Shown here: positions 12,659 to 25,520 of the stretch, in pieces
How the letters are laid out: every line of letters starts with the position of its first letter
Position numbering within the stretch: position 1 is the first letter of the stretch
Notes under the pieces: generated by a model
What the model was told of the DNA's origin: nothing
What the model saw: only the letters and a program-made list of their open reading frames with translations
The model's database searches: none
Translations under genes and position numbers: made by a program
Source: Eledone cirrhosa
Lineage: Eukaryota
Direction: 5' to 3'
Assembly (NCBI GenBank): GCA_964016885.1
Contig: OZ024743.1
Span: 112,096,001 to 112,160,000, forward strand
Length of the DNA stretch: 64,000 bases

Positions 12659-12832
12659 TCGAATAAGGTAGTTATTTAACCCATAAATGGAGCCCTAACA
12701 GGTACTACCACCCCGGGCCAGGGCAGACCTGGGAGTCATGACAACTAAGGGGTAACTCCATATTCCCCACATCTCCTGAACTCCCGAACTGGAGCCTTGC
12801 CACTGGATGTAGTTTAATGTCATACCCAAGAC

Positions 12833-14509
12833 AGGAAGAAAAGGTGTTCGAGTCAGATCCAGGGAACGGGGCCCGAGGATAGGAAGAGGAAATGGCTAGA
12901 CCATTTTAGGACCCTACTAGGAGAGCCACCCTCCACAGCCCAGAGCACTGGGGAGATCAGGCGGCTGTTTGAGGAACTGGATGTTGAGACAGAGCCCTTC
13001 ACCAGAGAGGAGCTTCAGAGAGCCAAGAAGAAGATCAAGGAGGGCAAGGCTCATGGAGAAGATGGAGTAGCATCAGAGGTGATGAAGTGGTGTGATTTTG
13101 ATGATATCATCCTGGGGTTCTGTAACGGGGCACTGGAGAAAGGAGTTGCCCCGAATCAGTGGAGGATCAGTAACATCGTCCCAGTGCCAAAGAAGGGAGA
13201 TGTCTCTAACACCAACAACTACCGGGGGATCTCACTGACGTCACTTGTGGCAAAGACCCTCAACAGGATGATTCTTAACAGGATCCAGCCTGAGATGGAG
13301 AAGAAGCTCAGGGACAACCAGAACGGCTTCAGAGAGGGTAGATCAACCACCAGTCACATCCTGATGCTGAGGAGGATATTAGAGGGAGCTAGAGCAAAGT
13401 GCCTTCCTGCGGTCATGGTTTTCATTGACTTTAGGAAGGCCTTTGATTCTGTGGACCGTTACTGCCTGATGAAGATCTTACAGGCTTATGGAATCCCCAA
13501 GAGGATAGTGGACCTGATATCACTGCTCTACACCAACACCAAAGCCCAAGTCATTACACCTGATGGGATGACAGAGTTCTTTGAGATACTGGCTGGAGTG
13601 CTCCAGGGAGATACATTGGCTCCCTACCTTTTTATCATCGTAGTGGACTATTGTATGCGCCTTGCACTGGAGAAACACCAGGACTCTGGCTTTACTGTAG
13701 CACCGGCTCAGAGCAGGAGAGTTGGGGCGAAAAAGGTATCGGATGCTGAATTTGCCGACGACATAGTTTTGGTGACAAATACAGTGAAGGAGGCAGAGGA
13801 TTTGATGCGGGAGGTTGAGACTGTGTCGATGAGTGTGGGGCTGAGAATGAATGAGACTAAAACAAAATATCTGGTAGAGAATGTTGAGAAGCCAGAGGGG
13901 ATCACTAATGTAGGCGGGAAGCCGCTGGAATTGGTTGAGGACTTCCTGTATTTGGGAGCAAAGATTGGGAATACGGAAGATGAAGTGGTTGAGAGGAAGA
14001 GCAAGGCCTGGGCGGCGTGCCACAGCTTGAGATCGGTGTGGAAGTCGGACCTTCGTAGAGACCTGAAAATCCGCCTCTTCATTGCTGTAGTGGAGTCTGT
14101 GCTGCTGTGTGGGTCTGAGACTTGGACACTGACCAAGAGACTCACTCAGATGGTGGATGGGTGCTACACGAGAATGCTGAGGATGGCTCTGAACATTAAT
14201 CAGTATACACTGAGGATGAAAAACTCAGAGCTGTATGGGAGCCTCCCAAAAGTCAGCTCAAAAGTGACACAGAGGAGACTGAGGTTGGCTGGACATGCTC
14301 ACCGACATCCAGAGTTGACATTGCACTCCGTGCTCCTTTGGGAGCCCCTACATGGACACACTGGAAGAGGAAGACCAAGGTTAACATATGTTGATGCCCT
14401 AAGGACAGACACTGGTCTGTTGGAGACGCAGGACATGGCAGCGATAATGAGGGACAGAGACCGCTGGAGAGAACTCGTCCATGGATCTCGGGAATTTTAC
14501 CCGCCTTAG
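12833..14509 (+). CDS. RTE LINE ORF C-terminal half: reverse transcriptase
   Basis: The frame is open from 12833 (RKKRCSSQ...WLDHF). Motifs NYRGISL, QNGFREGRST, FIDFRKAFDSV, GVLQGDTLAPYLF, FADD and FLYLG; RTE-type C-terminus GSETWTL, RGRPRLTY, DRDRWR. Confidence 0.95.
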   Translation, partial: RKKRCSSQIQGTGPEDRKRKWLDHFRTLLGEPPSTAQSTGEIRRLFEELDVETEPFTREELQRAKKKIKEGKAHGEDGVASEVMKWCDFDDIILGFCNGALEKGVAPNQWRISNIVPVPKKGDVSNTNNYRGISLTSLVAKTLNRMILNRIQPEMEKKLRDNQNGFREGRSTTSHILMLRRILEGARAKCLPAVMVFIDFRKAFDSVDRYCLMKILQAYGIPKRIVDLISLLYTNTKAQVITPDGMTEFFEILAGVLQGDTLAPYLFIIVVDYCMRLALEKHQDSGFTVAPAQSRRVGAKKVSDAEFADDIVLVTNTVKEAEDLMREVETVSMSVGLRMNETKTKYLVENVEKPEGITNVGGKPLELVEDFLYLGAKIGNTEDEVVERKSKAWAACHSLRSVWKSDLRRDLKIRLFIAVVESVLLCGSETWTLTKRLTQMVDGCYTRMLRMALNINQYTLRMKNSELYGSLPKVSSKVTQRRLRLAGHAHRHPELTLHSVLLWEPLHGHTGRGRPRLTYVDALRTDTGLLETQDMAAIMRDRDRWRELVHGSREFYPP

Positions 14510-14515
14510 ATAGAT

Positions 14516-14579
<64 letters not shown>

Positions 14580-14582
14580 TAT

Positions 14583-14716
<134 letters not shown>

Positions 14717-15569
14717 GGGAGAGAGAGGGTGAGTGTAGGGGATGGCATGGAATGGAAGAGACACCTAATTATGTAGGTCGATGGATATCGGGATAGATAT
14801 GTATGTATATGTGTGTCATTATGTATATGTGTGATTGTGTAGAAATCTTGGAACTGTTTAGAAAATATAACCAATATACAATATTAATGTAATGCATTGT
14901 TCAAAAGATCCCGATAAAAATAAAAATAAATTCAAGTTTATGCTATAGTATAATGATGCAGAAAACGAAGAGATATTCAGAATAAAATTATATCATACAT
15001 ATTAAAGTATATATCAGTAAATATTTAATATATCATCTTCAGGACATTTCTCTTATTTCTAACATTGACAGTGCTAAAATAAATACTACGATGCCTCATC
15101 AGCGACAAGCACCTCTGATGTAGTAACCTAAATGTATTGCATATATACGATATCGATTATTTAAAGAATTTAATAGAGGAAAATAAGGGAAAGACATGAG
15201 AGAATTCTAGAATTCAGTTGTGATTAATTTGCTTGAGAAACAACTCTGCAAGAATAAGCCTAATAAGAGAAATATAGTGTTAAAAGAAAAACAATTTAAT
15301 AATATCGACTCATAAAAATGCGCTTTATAGTAATAATTGAAATGGATATCAGGCAAGCAGAAGAAAACATATTTCATGCAAATGCAAATAATCCAAGAAA
15401 ATAACTAGTTACGTACACATTTTAGTGTGAGGTAATAGAAAGACATACATAATCACATATATACACGCAATATTCAAATCTGCATTACAAGAAATAAACA
15501 GACACACACACACACATACACACACACACAAATATATATATATAAAAATAGAGAGAGAGAGAGAGATAG

Positions 15570-15653
<84 letters not shown>

Positions 15654-15655
<2 letters not shown>

Positions 15656-15860
15656 CACGTGACTGAGAGGTTATAGAATTGGATTCCCAATTGTGAGGTT
15701 CTGAGTTCGTTTCAAAGACCGGGTGATGCGTTATGTCCTTGAGTTAGACATTTTTATTTCATGTTACTCCTTCTACCGACGGAGAGTATTAGCAATTGGA
15801 AAGACCATTGGAAACATGTTTTCCTCGGTCCGATTTGACGAATGTCGATCGATTACTGAT
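15654..15860 (+). mobile_element. tRNA-derived SINE family 2, diverged
   Basis: Head GGCACGTGACTGAGAGGTTA...GAGTTCG and CCTTGAG..AGACA body; homologous to 39818-40060. Confidence 0.7.
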
Positions 15861-15867
15861 ATAAGAG

Positions 15868-16082
15868 ATGGCAACATGAATGGACCTGTCATTTTTATCT
15901 AAAGACATTTTTTCCAATTCCAACCCGCCTGTCGCCTCAATCTATGTTATTTCTCATTGTTTCTTATGATGAAGGACTAGCGTCCGAAACGTTAAGACCC
16001 TCTTCTTGCCATAACAAGCGTTAACGTGATATTTCCCTTCAATATACTGTACCGATTATGTTGTTATTTCTGTTTACCTTTT
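15868..16082 (+). mobile_element. Short PLE-tail-like repeat with a hammerhead-like motif (copy 1 of 4)
   Basis: Homologous to 26474-26682, 51708-51920 and 55608-55680. Consensus TCTT-CTGATGA-AGGAC tagc GTCC-GAAA-CG-TT-AAGA. Confidence 0.7.
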
Positions 16083-16127
16083 ACACACACACACACATAT
16101 ATATATATAGAGAGAGAGATAGATAGT

Positions 16128-16190
<63 letters not shown>

Positions 16191-16224
16191 GTAGATAGAT
16201 AGATAGATAGATAGTTAGAGAGAT

Positions 16225-19200
16225 AAATTTCTTTATTAGCCACAAGGGTACAAAAGAAGGTGACAAATACAAGTTGGGAGTTTACATACAGGTATATGAA
16301 AATAAAACTATTAATAAAAAAACAAATAACAATTGTAATCCCCAATAGGGAGGAGGCGTTACACAGGGGTTGTACACACCCCGAAAAAATGTACAACTCT
16401 CATCTCCAGGAGCACAAACAGTGAGTACTCCCTTCCTCTCTTCCTCTTTTTCCTCAACCTACAGGCTTGTATAGAGAGAAGGCCCAACCACTCGGGCCAT
16501 CTTTCCACATTTACGCACCTTTTATAAAATTTGCTAGGGTACAGCACCTCTCTCTCCATCCTGAGTCTTCTTCCAAAATGATATTTGAAAAACTGAATCA
16601 GGTGTTCGCCGGAGAGAAAGGTGTCTGACCTCAGCCCTTTTAACCTCGTCCACCATATAACTTCTTTCACCATAGTCATAACACATAGGAAAACTGCTTA
16701 TCCCTCGTTTTTGAAGGAGGATGGCGATTTGATCATGACAATGGACTCGGTGGTCAACTGGATTGGTCTCAGCCGCGACAATAGTCATTCTACCTAGCCC
16801 CACAAGTCGGTAACGCCCGAGCAGTGAACAAATGCGTGTGCGACGGTTTCCTCGTCGCGCACGTATCTCGGGCAGATCTTTTTCGAAGGGTCTCTGCCCG
16901 GGCGCTCGTGTCTGTAGAGCTTGTCTCGAACTGGTAGAGCTCCTCAGTAGCACTGCCAGGGACTTTTGGAAGCTGTCCATTGGTCCCGGGCGGAAGGTCC
17001 TACCAAACAGACTGGCCAGTTCGTCCTCCTCTACCCATAGAGTTTCTACGAGCGCGTCGTCACACTTGCTGCGGACCAACCCTCTATGGATTGGCGAATT
17101 GGAGTCTCCACTGATCGCCGGGTCCGTTTGCCAGAGGACTGTGAGCGCCTGAGCACATTCGATGCGCTTTGCTTGGACAGGGCACGACGGTCAAGCGGTA
17201 GTAGACGACGGACGCTATAAAAGTGTTCGCCACATCCGCTCGAGCTTTCAAGGATAGTTTGCACTTGGCCCACTTCTGGGTGAGCGCAAACGCATTGGCC
17301 GACACCTCGTTCCAGTTCTTCTCCACCTGGAGATCCGGACCAATCCAGACCCCGAGCAGCTTTATCGGTCCTTCCGTCCAGCGTCCGACGACGCTATCGG
17401 AAGTCATCGGTTTGCCTCTCCTAGTTCCGTGTTGTTCAGATTTGTCCCGGTTCAGCTTCACTCCTGTGAAACATTCGTATCCCTCCAGAAAGGTGCCGAC
17501 CTCCCCGATATGCGAGGTGCTCCAAACAACTACTGTTACGTCGTCGGCGTAGGCCGACGCCGCTTTTCGGAGTCCCGGTTCCAAAGGCATGCCCTGGAAT
17601 AGCTCTAACTTCCGCAGTAGTGGCTCGAGAGTCAGTACGTAGATAAGGGAGGAGAGAGGGCATCCCTCTCGGATGGATCGCGTAATATGGAACGGCTCCG
17701 AGAGGTAGCCGTTCACCTTGACCCTGGAGCAGATGTTGCTGCTGTGCATTGCAGCAATCCAGCCCCTGAACACGGGTCCGAAGCCTGCCGCCTCAAGCAC
17801 CGCATCCAAGTAACGATTGTCAACTCCATCGAAAGCCTTAGACTGATTCAAGTTGATCAGGGCTCCTACGAAGCTTAGCCAAAATCTGCAACACTGTGTT
17901 TAGCAGAGTTATGGGCCGGAAGTTGCCTATGTCATCCCCCTTATTCTCATCCTTCCTGACTAACGTGACTACGCCCTTGGTCACAGAACTGGGAATTCTC
18001 CCGTTCTGCTGCCAGTTGCAGTAGACTGCCTCCGGGAGACCGGAGAACAAGTCCGGCATGCTACGTAAAATTCATAGGGTAGACCGTCGAGAACTGGAGA
18101 TTTGCGTTTGCCGCATTGGCTCAGCGCTCCCCCTACCACAGCGGCCGAAATCGGCCTTTCGCAGAACTTCGCCTCGCCGTTGGAGAGTCGCGGCAGGCCG
18201 TCGAGGTATGGACAGAAATCCATAGCCCCTCCCGGCTCGCCACCCTGACCGAACAATTGAGCAAAGTGCCACTGAAAGGCCACGCACATCTGCTTCGGCG
18301 CACGTATCACGCGTCGGTCTTGTTCCTTCAAAGACCGAATCGTGGACTTGTTGCCACTTTTCGCCTCCGTCACTCGGGCCCAGCTAACAGCTTTGTCTCC
18401 TTCGTTTCCCAGAGCAGGTATTTTGCTCCTGACAACGCAGCCTTCGTGCTTTGCGTCGAAGAACTGGTCCAAGGCCGTTCTCGTCGCTAGCACGCTGGCT
18501 ACGTTGCCACTCCTAAGTGCCTCTTCTACTTTATCTACCAGTTCCTTTTCGGTCTTATTTCTATCTAACGCTAATTATTTACTAAAACCTATCGAGTCTA
18601 ATCTAACTGCCCTCTTGAGAGAGTACCACCATCTGTTGATAACAATGGCCCCCGTCAAGTGCTTCTTAACTAAAGTGCTAATCCATCTACTGTAGGCTTT
18701 GCATGTCGGTAACGACAAGTTCAGCTTCCAGTAGCCGGGTCCTTGTCTATGGGTTCTGGCAAGGTTGACTAAGCAGGTCACTAGTTTGTGATCTGAATAG
18801 GCAACCATGAAAATTTGTGGACAGCTTAACATGTCCCTATCGCTAACTCTAACTAGAAACCTATCTAGGTACGATAGAGATGTTCCGCTGTGGTTGGTCC
18901 ACGTCCACAGTTGGAAAATCTAGTTGATATCTATCAGCCAGTTGAAATCGGCCGATTAACTGTTTGAGGCTGTTACACCCCCCTCTATCGGGACATGCTC
19001 CCACATAGTGCATCTAGGATTCCATTACAGTCGCCCACTAACAGCAGGGAGCTGGAGGTTCCCAGAAAAGTCTCTAGACGTTTGAAGAAGTCTGGCCGCG
19101 GCCACCAGCCTGAAGGCTCCACCTTCACTACCGTCAACGTCTAGGACCACTAGTCAAGCCTCCGGGTCCAGATGTACCGTCTGTGTTACGAGGTCCAGGT

Positions 19201-19449
19201 GTTTCCGCAGCAAAACGACAACACCACCCCCACCTCCCGGCTGATAGAGAGATGCGTGGATCTCAAATTCGTCGAAGATGGGAGCCAGTTGTCACTCGCT
19301 GTGGTTTCTGGACTCGCAAATGGCTACTACATCCATACTGTGTGACCTGAGGTCGTTTAAGTGTTTGCCCTGTTTCCACGGCATCCCCAGGCCGCGTACA
19401 TTTACACATCCAACTTTTATATTGGCCATGTTGGTGCTGAAAAAGTTAA

Positions 19450-19450
<1 letters not shown>
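16225..19450 (-). mobile_element. Degenerate L1/Tx1-like LINE, ORF2 and 3'UTR only, between (GATA)n tracts
   Basis: Fragmented ORFs carry SDHKLV, GPGYWKLN, NFRPITLLN, QSKAFD and AYADD, collinear with 57221-60920. Many frameshifts and deletions. Confidence 0.92.
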
Positions 19451-19503
<53 letters not shown>

Positions 19504-19505
<2 letters not shown>

Positions 19506-19627
19506 CTTCTTCAACACCAACTGGCCAATATAAGAGTTGGATGTGTGAATGTACGCGGCCTGGGGATGCCCTGGAAACAGGGCAAACTCTTAAACGACCT
19601 CAGGTGGCACAGTATGGATGTAGTACA
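19504..19627 (+). mobile_element. Inverted fragment of the same LINE's ORF2 start
   Basis: Reverse-complement match, with some mismatches, to about 19325-19447. Confidence 0.85.
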
Positions 19628-20646
19628 TCTATATTTATAAAACTGATGTTGTCTGTCTGTCTGTCTACTAAAACGGTCGGCACACATCTCCTCCTAAGCC
19701 GTACGTTCATATTTCGGTGAAATTGCTACACCTATAGATGAAGGTCCGGCGGAGATATCGGCCAAAAAAATTCTCAAATCGACCCACGCCAAATGCAAAA
19801 ATGGAATTTGTAATATATTGATTTTTCATTTCAAATGTATAAATAGAGATGAGAGACAAGTTATTTACCTTTTATTGCGTCATTCTGTTTATCTGTTTAC
19901 GTTACGAATATACGACGCGTGCAAAAGTATAAAAATACGCGAACAGTTTTCGGACCAGGAAAATTTTAACCTGCAAAATTCTTGAGTTCGAAGTTTCAAC
20001 ATTAAGCTTCCATTTTGCTTCATTTCCATTAAAAAGTCTTTTAAAACAATATTTTTACTTGAAAACTAGCCTATTTGAATACACCGTAAAACAAGCAAAC
20101 ATTTTGTAAAAAAAAGCATTGATCTCCAATAAAGCCTTATGAGATTTTCATTTAGAAGCAATGATTTTAAACGACAGACAGACATGCAGAGGTGATATAG
20201 GCGATAAAGTTGTGCAGACAGACAGTCGGGCTGATAGACGATGGAGGCATACAGACAGACAGTCGTGCAGAGAAGTGATATAGGAGATAAAGTTGGGCAG
20301 ACACAGTCGTGCAGAGAGGAGATAGGCGATAAAATTGTCAGACAGACAGTCGTGCAAAGAGGTGATATAGCTGATAAAGTTGAGCAGACAGACAGTCGTG
20401 CAGAGAGGTGATATAGGCGATAAAGTTGTGCAGGCAGACAGTCGTGCAGAGAGGTGATATCTCTACATATAAAATAGGCGATAAAGTTGTGATGGCATAC
20501 TGTTGGTTGAGGGAATATTAATCAAAAGTACCACATGAATGTCTACACTGTAGACTCTACAGTTTTTAAGCCAAGAAAGGAACGTAACGTTGTAACTTTA
20601 ACACAGCTACTGAGCAGCCCCGAGCAACGCCGCGCTTTACTGCTAG
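19628..20646 (+). mobile_element. Non-autonomous Helitron
   Basis: 5' A|TCTATATTTATAAAA followed by (GTCT)n; 3' GC-rich imperfect hairpin CCCGAGCAACGCCGCG then CTAG|T. No TSD; contains an internal minisatellite. Confidence 0.82.
20172..20492. repeat. ~46-bp minisatellite inside the Helitron
   Basis: Unit GACAGACAGTCGTGCAGAGAGGTGATATAGGCGATAAAGTTGTGCA, about 6 imperfect copies. Confidence 0.88.
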
Positions 20647-20883
20647 TATATGTATAAATTCCATAGTTTATTGAATTGCAGCATGCATAGTTTTATTATA
20701 TTTGAATGAATGCCTTGACTAAATGTACGTACTTATACACGGGCGTATAAATAGAGATACACCTCCCCTCCACATACACATACGTCTATATATATATATA
20801 TATATATATGGGTGTATACATATATAAATATATTTGTTTATATATATGCATATATATGTATATAATTATATATTTATATGTAT

Positions 20884-20916
<33 letters not shown>

Positions 20917-21023
20917 CGTATGTGGGTTGGGTGACGGGGGTTGGGGGGAGGTTATCCCTATTTATACGCGCGTGTATAAGTACATATATATCTATGTATA
21001 TATGTATATCTATATAACTATCT

Positions 21024-21079
<56 letters not shown>

Positions 21080-21088
21080 GTGTATACA

Positions 21089-21132
<44 letters not shown>

Positions 21133-21135
<3 letters not shown>

Positions 21136-21211
21136 GGTGTCCTCAAAAAACATATGGTCACTTCAACACCATTCTAAACAAAGGGTGTATACATTTTGTT
21201 GGGACACCATT
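21133..21211 (+). mobile_element. ~80-bp Tc1/mariner-type MITE
   Basis: CAGGGTGTCC...GGGACACC termini in TA context; homologues at 22546 and 55824. Confidence 0.7.
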
Positions 21212-21380
21212 TATATATATATATATATATATATACAAATATATATACATGTGTCTATATATATATATGTGTGTGTGTATGTGTGTATATATATATGTGT
21301 GTGTTTACATATATATATGAGGACCTCCAGCGGTCGCCTTATGAACAGGGACTCTCTTGAGTTTCGCCGACTACTTGTTC

Positions 21381-21431
<51 letters not shown>

Positions 21432-21621
21432 GAGAGAGAGAGAGAGAGAGGGGGGGGGAGTCCGAGAGAGGTGGGATCATGAATGTCGTACATACGTGTA
21501 TTGCGAATTTGCTTTACTTCCGCATTACCATTGCTTTCGAACGCGTAAATGGAAACATAGTCATGCGTATGTGTGTATTTGTGTGTATGTTTTTATCATA
21601 TCACCTATCTATATATATACC

Positions 21622-21719
<98 letters not shown>

Positions 21720-22545
21720 TAATTATATATATATATATATATATAATTATAAAGCAACTGGATAAGTGAGAGTGGATTTGAGTGTAGAAATGGGACTGAA
21801 TATCAGATAGGCAGACAGACAGGAAGGTAGATTGATGAATCTGGAGAGTAATCGATGCTAAAGAAAGAAAGAAAATATGTAACAAATAATGCAGTGATAT
21901 TATGTAAGGAAGGAAGTAAGGATCAATACGTAAGGAAATTAATGAAAGAGAACGAGGTAGAGAATATATAGGGTATATAGAGATGCCTGAAGGGTGTATG
22001 ATGTATTCAGCTTTATGTAGCGATATTTGTAACGTAAATCTTCATGTAAGAAATTTCTTTCTATCTTTATAGAAGTACTCTGCGTTCTTTCAATATATTT
22101 CCTATATTCTCTTTATTATTTCATATTTGCTCCAAGCGTTAATTCTTCATCTCGTAGCGTATGACTGTGACTTTATGTAGCAATGTCTCCAAGTGTGTAA
22201 ATGTGAGACTTGTCAGAAAGTGTGTTACTTTGTGTATATGTGTGTAATTGAGCTTAAACTGTTCAAATTGAGGAGCATGTATAGATAATCATACTTACAC
22301 GCACACATGCATACATATATCTCTCTATCTATAAAGATTTGTATATATCTATATGTGTGTATGCGTGTGTGCGTGTGGGTGTGTGTACACACGTTTTAAA
22401 TATACAAACGTATATAAGGTTTATGTATGTATGTATATATATATATATCGCTATCTCTCTCTCTCTATATATATATGTATATATGTCTAAATATCTATCT
22501 ATCTATTTGTCTATTTATCTATCTCTATCTCTCTCTATATATATA

Positions 22546-22627
22546 CAGGGTTTCCTCAAAAGGCATATGCCCACTTCAACAGCATTCTAATCAAAGGGTG
22601 TATATACATATTATTGGGACACCATTT
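22546..22627 (+). mobile_element. ~80-bp MITE, copy 2
   Basis: Shares CACTTCAACA.CATTCTAA.CAAAGGGT with the copy at 21133. Confidence 0.7.
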
Positions 22628-22745
22628 TTATATATATGTAAATCACCTTGATCACCTTGACCGACCAGTCTGTCGTGCGCCAATCGGCGCCGCTGGTCAC
22701 AGCACGTCGTCCTGTTTTAGCCATAAGATAACGCCATCCCACTGG

Positions 22746-22788
<43 letters not shown>

Positions 22789-22935
22789 CATTACTCCGGA
22801 GTAACCAACCTGCGCACTTCGTCGAGTGCTCCAATCAGCATAGTGAGGTGTTGGTATACAACCAGCATATACTCAAAATTTATTTAGCTCCTCCACGTGT
22901 TGAGCGCTTCAAACAGTAGCGGACTTAAGTCACTA

Positions 22936-25520
22936 TGGAATAACTGGCAACCTTGGCGTCACTGAAGGACATCCTCCTACCTGGTAAACGAGAATACACC
23001 AGAGATCTCATCAGGAGTACGGACTCCTTTGTCCGTAGGATGAGATGGTAGGCGTTCCACTTTGAAAGAGGAACGCCTAAAATTACCAACACACAAAACA
23101 TGGCGTACTTTTTTAGATCAAGGAGGAACCCTCCCCACAACAGTCTAATGGAGGAGTTTGAAAACGAGATGATTAACATTATCTCCAACCTCAAATTCTC
23201 CGGAAATCCACCCAGAAGTCAGGAGTAGCTCAGACACCTGGGAAACCGGATTACAATACTTAAAGAGACAACTGGAATACTTGTCCATGTTGACAAAACC
23301 AACAACCTCTACAACATGGACATTGAACTGTATAATAAGCTAATTCTCAAGGAACTGAGGAAGTGCTACAAAAAACACCTGGATTTACCCTGGATGAGAT
23401 CAACGCCACAGCTTACAGGATTATATCCGCATTCGGAATAGAGGACAGGACGGCCCCATACAAACCAAGGGAGCCGCCGATTACCCTTAAAGATCACAAG
23501 CCAAACTTTGAGTCCGACCTCCCTGTTAGATTAATATCCCCCTGCAGATCACACCGAGGGATCGTCAGTAAAAGCATACTAGAGAGGATTTTGCCCAAGC
23601 TTCGGAAAAGAACTAGATTACAGCATGGTCATGCACGGGAGAGGTAATAGAATGGTTTAAGATACTACCTGAGAAAAGTAGGACCAGCTTTATCCAACTG
23701 GATATCGCAGGCTACTACTCCTCAATCTCACCCATAGTACCCAATAAGGCCCTATTTTTAGCGATGTCCAAAACGGACCTAACCCGAGAGGAGGTGAGCA
23801 TCATCGACGCCGCACGAAAGACCTTAATCCGTTTCGATGGAGACCTTTGGGCCAGGAGTGATTGGCCAAATAACTTTGACATCACGATGGGCTCCAGCGA
23901 CTCAGCACAGGTAACGGACCTGGTTGGGAACTTCCTGCTGAAGCAGATAAAAGATGAAATTCCCTGCCTGGGCGGGGGATTATATTGTGACGATGCTCTC
24001 TTCACAGTATATGACCACGGCACCATTTCTTTAAGAACCAGGGGCTCAGTATCGAACTAGACCCCAATAGAAAGGTAGTTAACTTCCTAGACACACACCC
24101 TAAACCTGAAAACAGAGCAATACTACCCCTACCACAAGCCCAACAAGAAACTGGTGTATGTTAACCCCAAGTCAAACCGCCCTAGATCCATAACCAAGGC
24201 TGTGGTGAAGAGTGTCTCGGACAGGATCTCCAGCCTGTCCGCAAATAAGGAAATATTCGATAACAACGCGGAATATTACAACGCAGCTCTAAATAAGGCG
24301 GCACATGGTCAAAATATAACATATAGTCCAAGGCGCCCGGATGGGGATGGCCCAACGGACACGACCACCCGCGTGGTCAGGGAGGGAGCAAACCCTAACA
24401 ATAAAGGCAGAATAGAAACAAATAGGCACCATGAGCCCGACACCAGCACATGGGAGATGGTGACGTGTACGCCTAAACATGCGAAGAAACCCATTACAAG
24501 TAGCAGTCTCAGGGGTGATACTAACCACCCAGGGCCCGATGACCCCAACCGCAGGACACGTGGGGGGGGGCATCCCATTGTGGATCTCTCAGTGCGGGCA
24601 ACAACCACCCCACAGATTCGGGCCGAGAAGATAGTAAAACACATAGCGCTCAAAGGGGAAGCAACAATGCGGGAACCACTAGCAACCCAACAACTCTCCA
24701 ACAACACACGACGCTCTCAACCCACCCATATAGGAGTAGACGCAGAAAAATCACGTGGTACAACCTACCCTAATCAGCGGCCCTAAAGAACAGATTGGCC
24801 CGATCATTCTTTGGAGCACTTGATAAATGCTTCCCGAGGGACCATAGATACCACAAGATCTTCAACAGGCACACTGTGAATCTCTCGTATTCCACCACGA
24901 GAAATCTGGGCCAACACATAGCTAGCATCAACAGGAGTAGGCTTAAAAATCACACACAACCAGAAGCTAGCAATATAAGCACCCAGCAGAACCATGTGGA
25001 AGGAGAGAAGAGTGGACCCAGTGCCTACCCACGAAATTCAAACAGACCCCCCCCCTCACTGGGCCGGGAGGAAGACCACCATGTAACACGTAACGGTAAC
25101 CCCACACTAGGCACGCAGAGGTCGACCACCCTCTGCAACTGCAGAAACCCCGAATCATGCCCCCTTAGTAATGAATGCCTTAGGAAGAACGTAATATACG
25201 GATGTAGAGTAAAAACACCCAACTCCGAAAACCTCTACATAGGAACCACATCAACGAGCTTTAAACACCGTTGGTATAAACATTGACATTCCTTTAACAA
25301 GGAGGTCAAAAGGAAAAGTACGGCGCTTTCCGACCTGATCTGGAAGCTTAAGCGGGACAGGACCCCGTACTCTCTGGCCTGGTCAATAATCAGGAAAGTA
25401 CCACCCGATAAGGGGGGATCTGGCATATGCAAACTATGTCTGAGCGAGACACTCGAAATACTAAGATGTGGAAGCCGCCTGATAAAACTCAGAACCGACT
25501 TCTTCGGGACATGTAGACAC
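22936..25520 (+). pseudogene. PLE reverse transcriptase plus GIY-YIG endonuclease, disrupted by stops and frameshifts
   Basis: ORF pieces 23363..23647, 23764..24060, 24154..24786 and 24795..25286 occur in RT-thumb-EN order. Confidence 0.85.

Larger units (their letters stand above)
11222..14509. mobile_element. Young RTE-clade LINE with inverted 5' half, flanked by (TA)n, with a (TAGA)n tail
   Basis: 5'UTR plus endonuclease on the minus strand (12832 to 11222); linker plus RT on the plus strand (12833-14509). Both halves are free of stops. Confidence 0.9.

Noticed and set aside
13520-14145. Antisense ORFs over the RTE RT (likewise over the Tx1 ORF2 and the PLEs)
   Set aside because: Shadow frames of retroelement coding sequence with no recognisable motifs.
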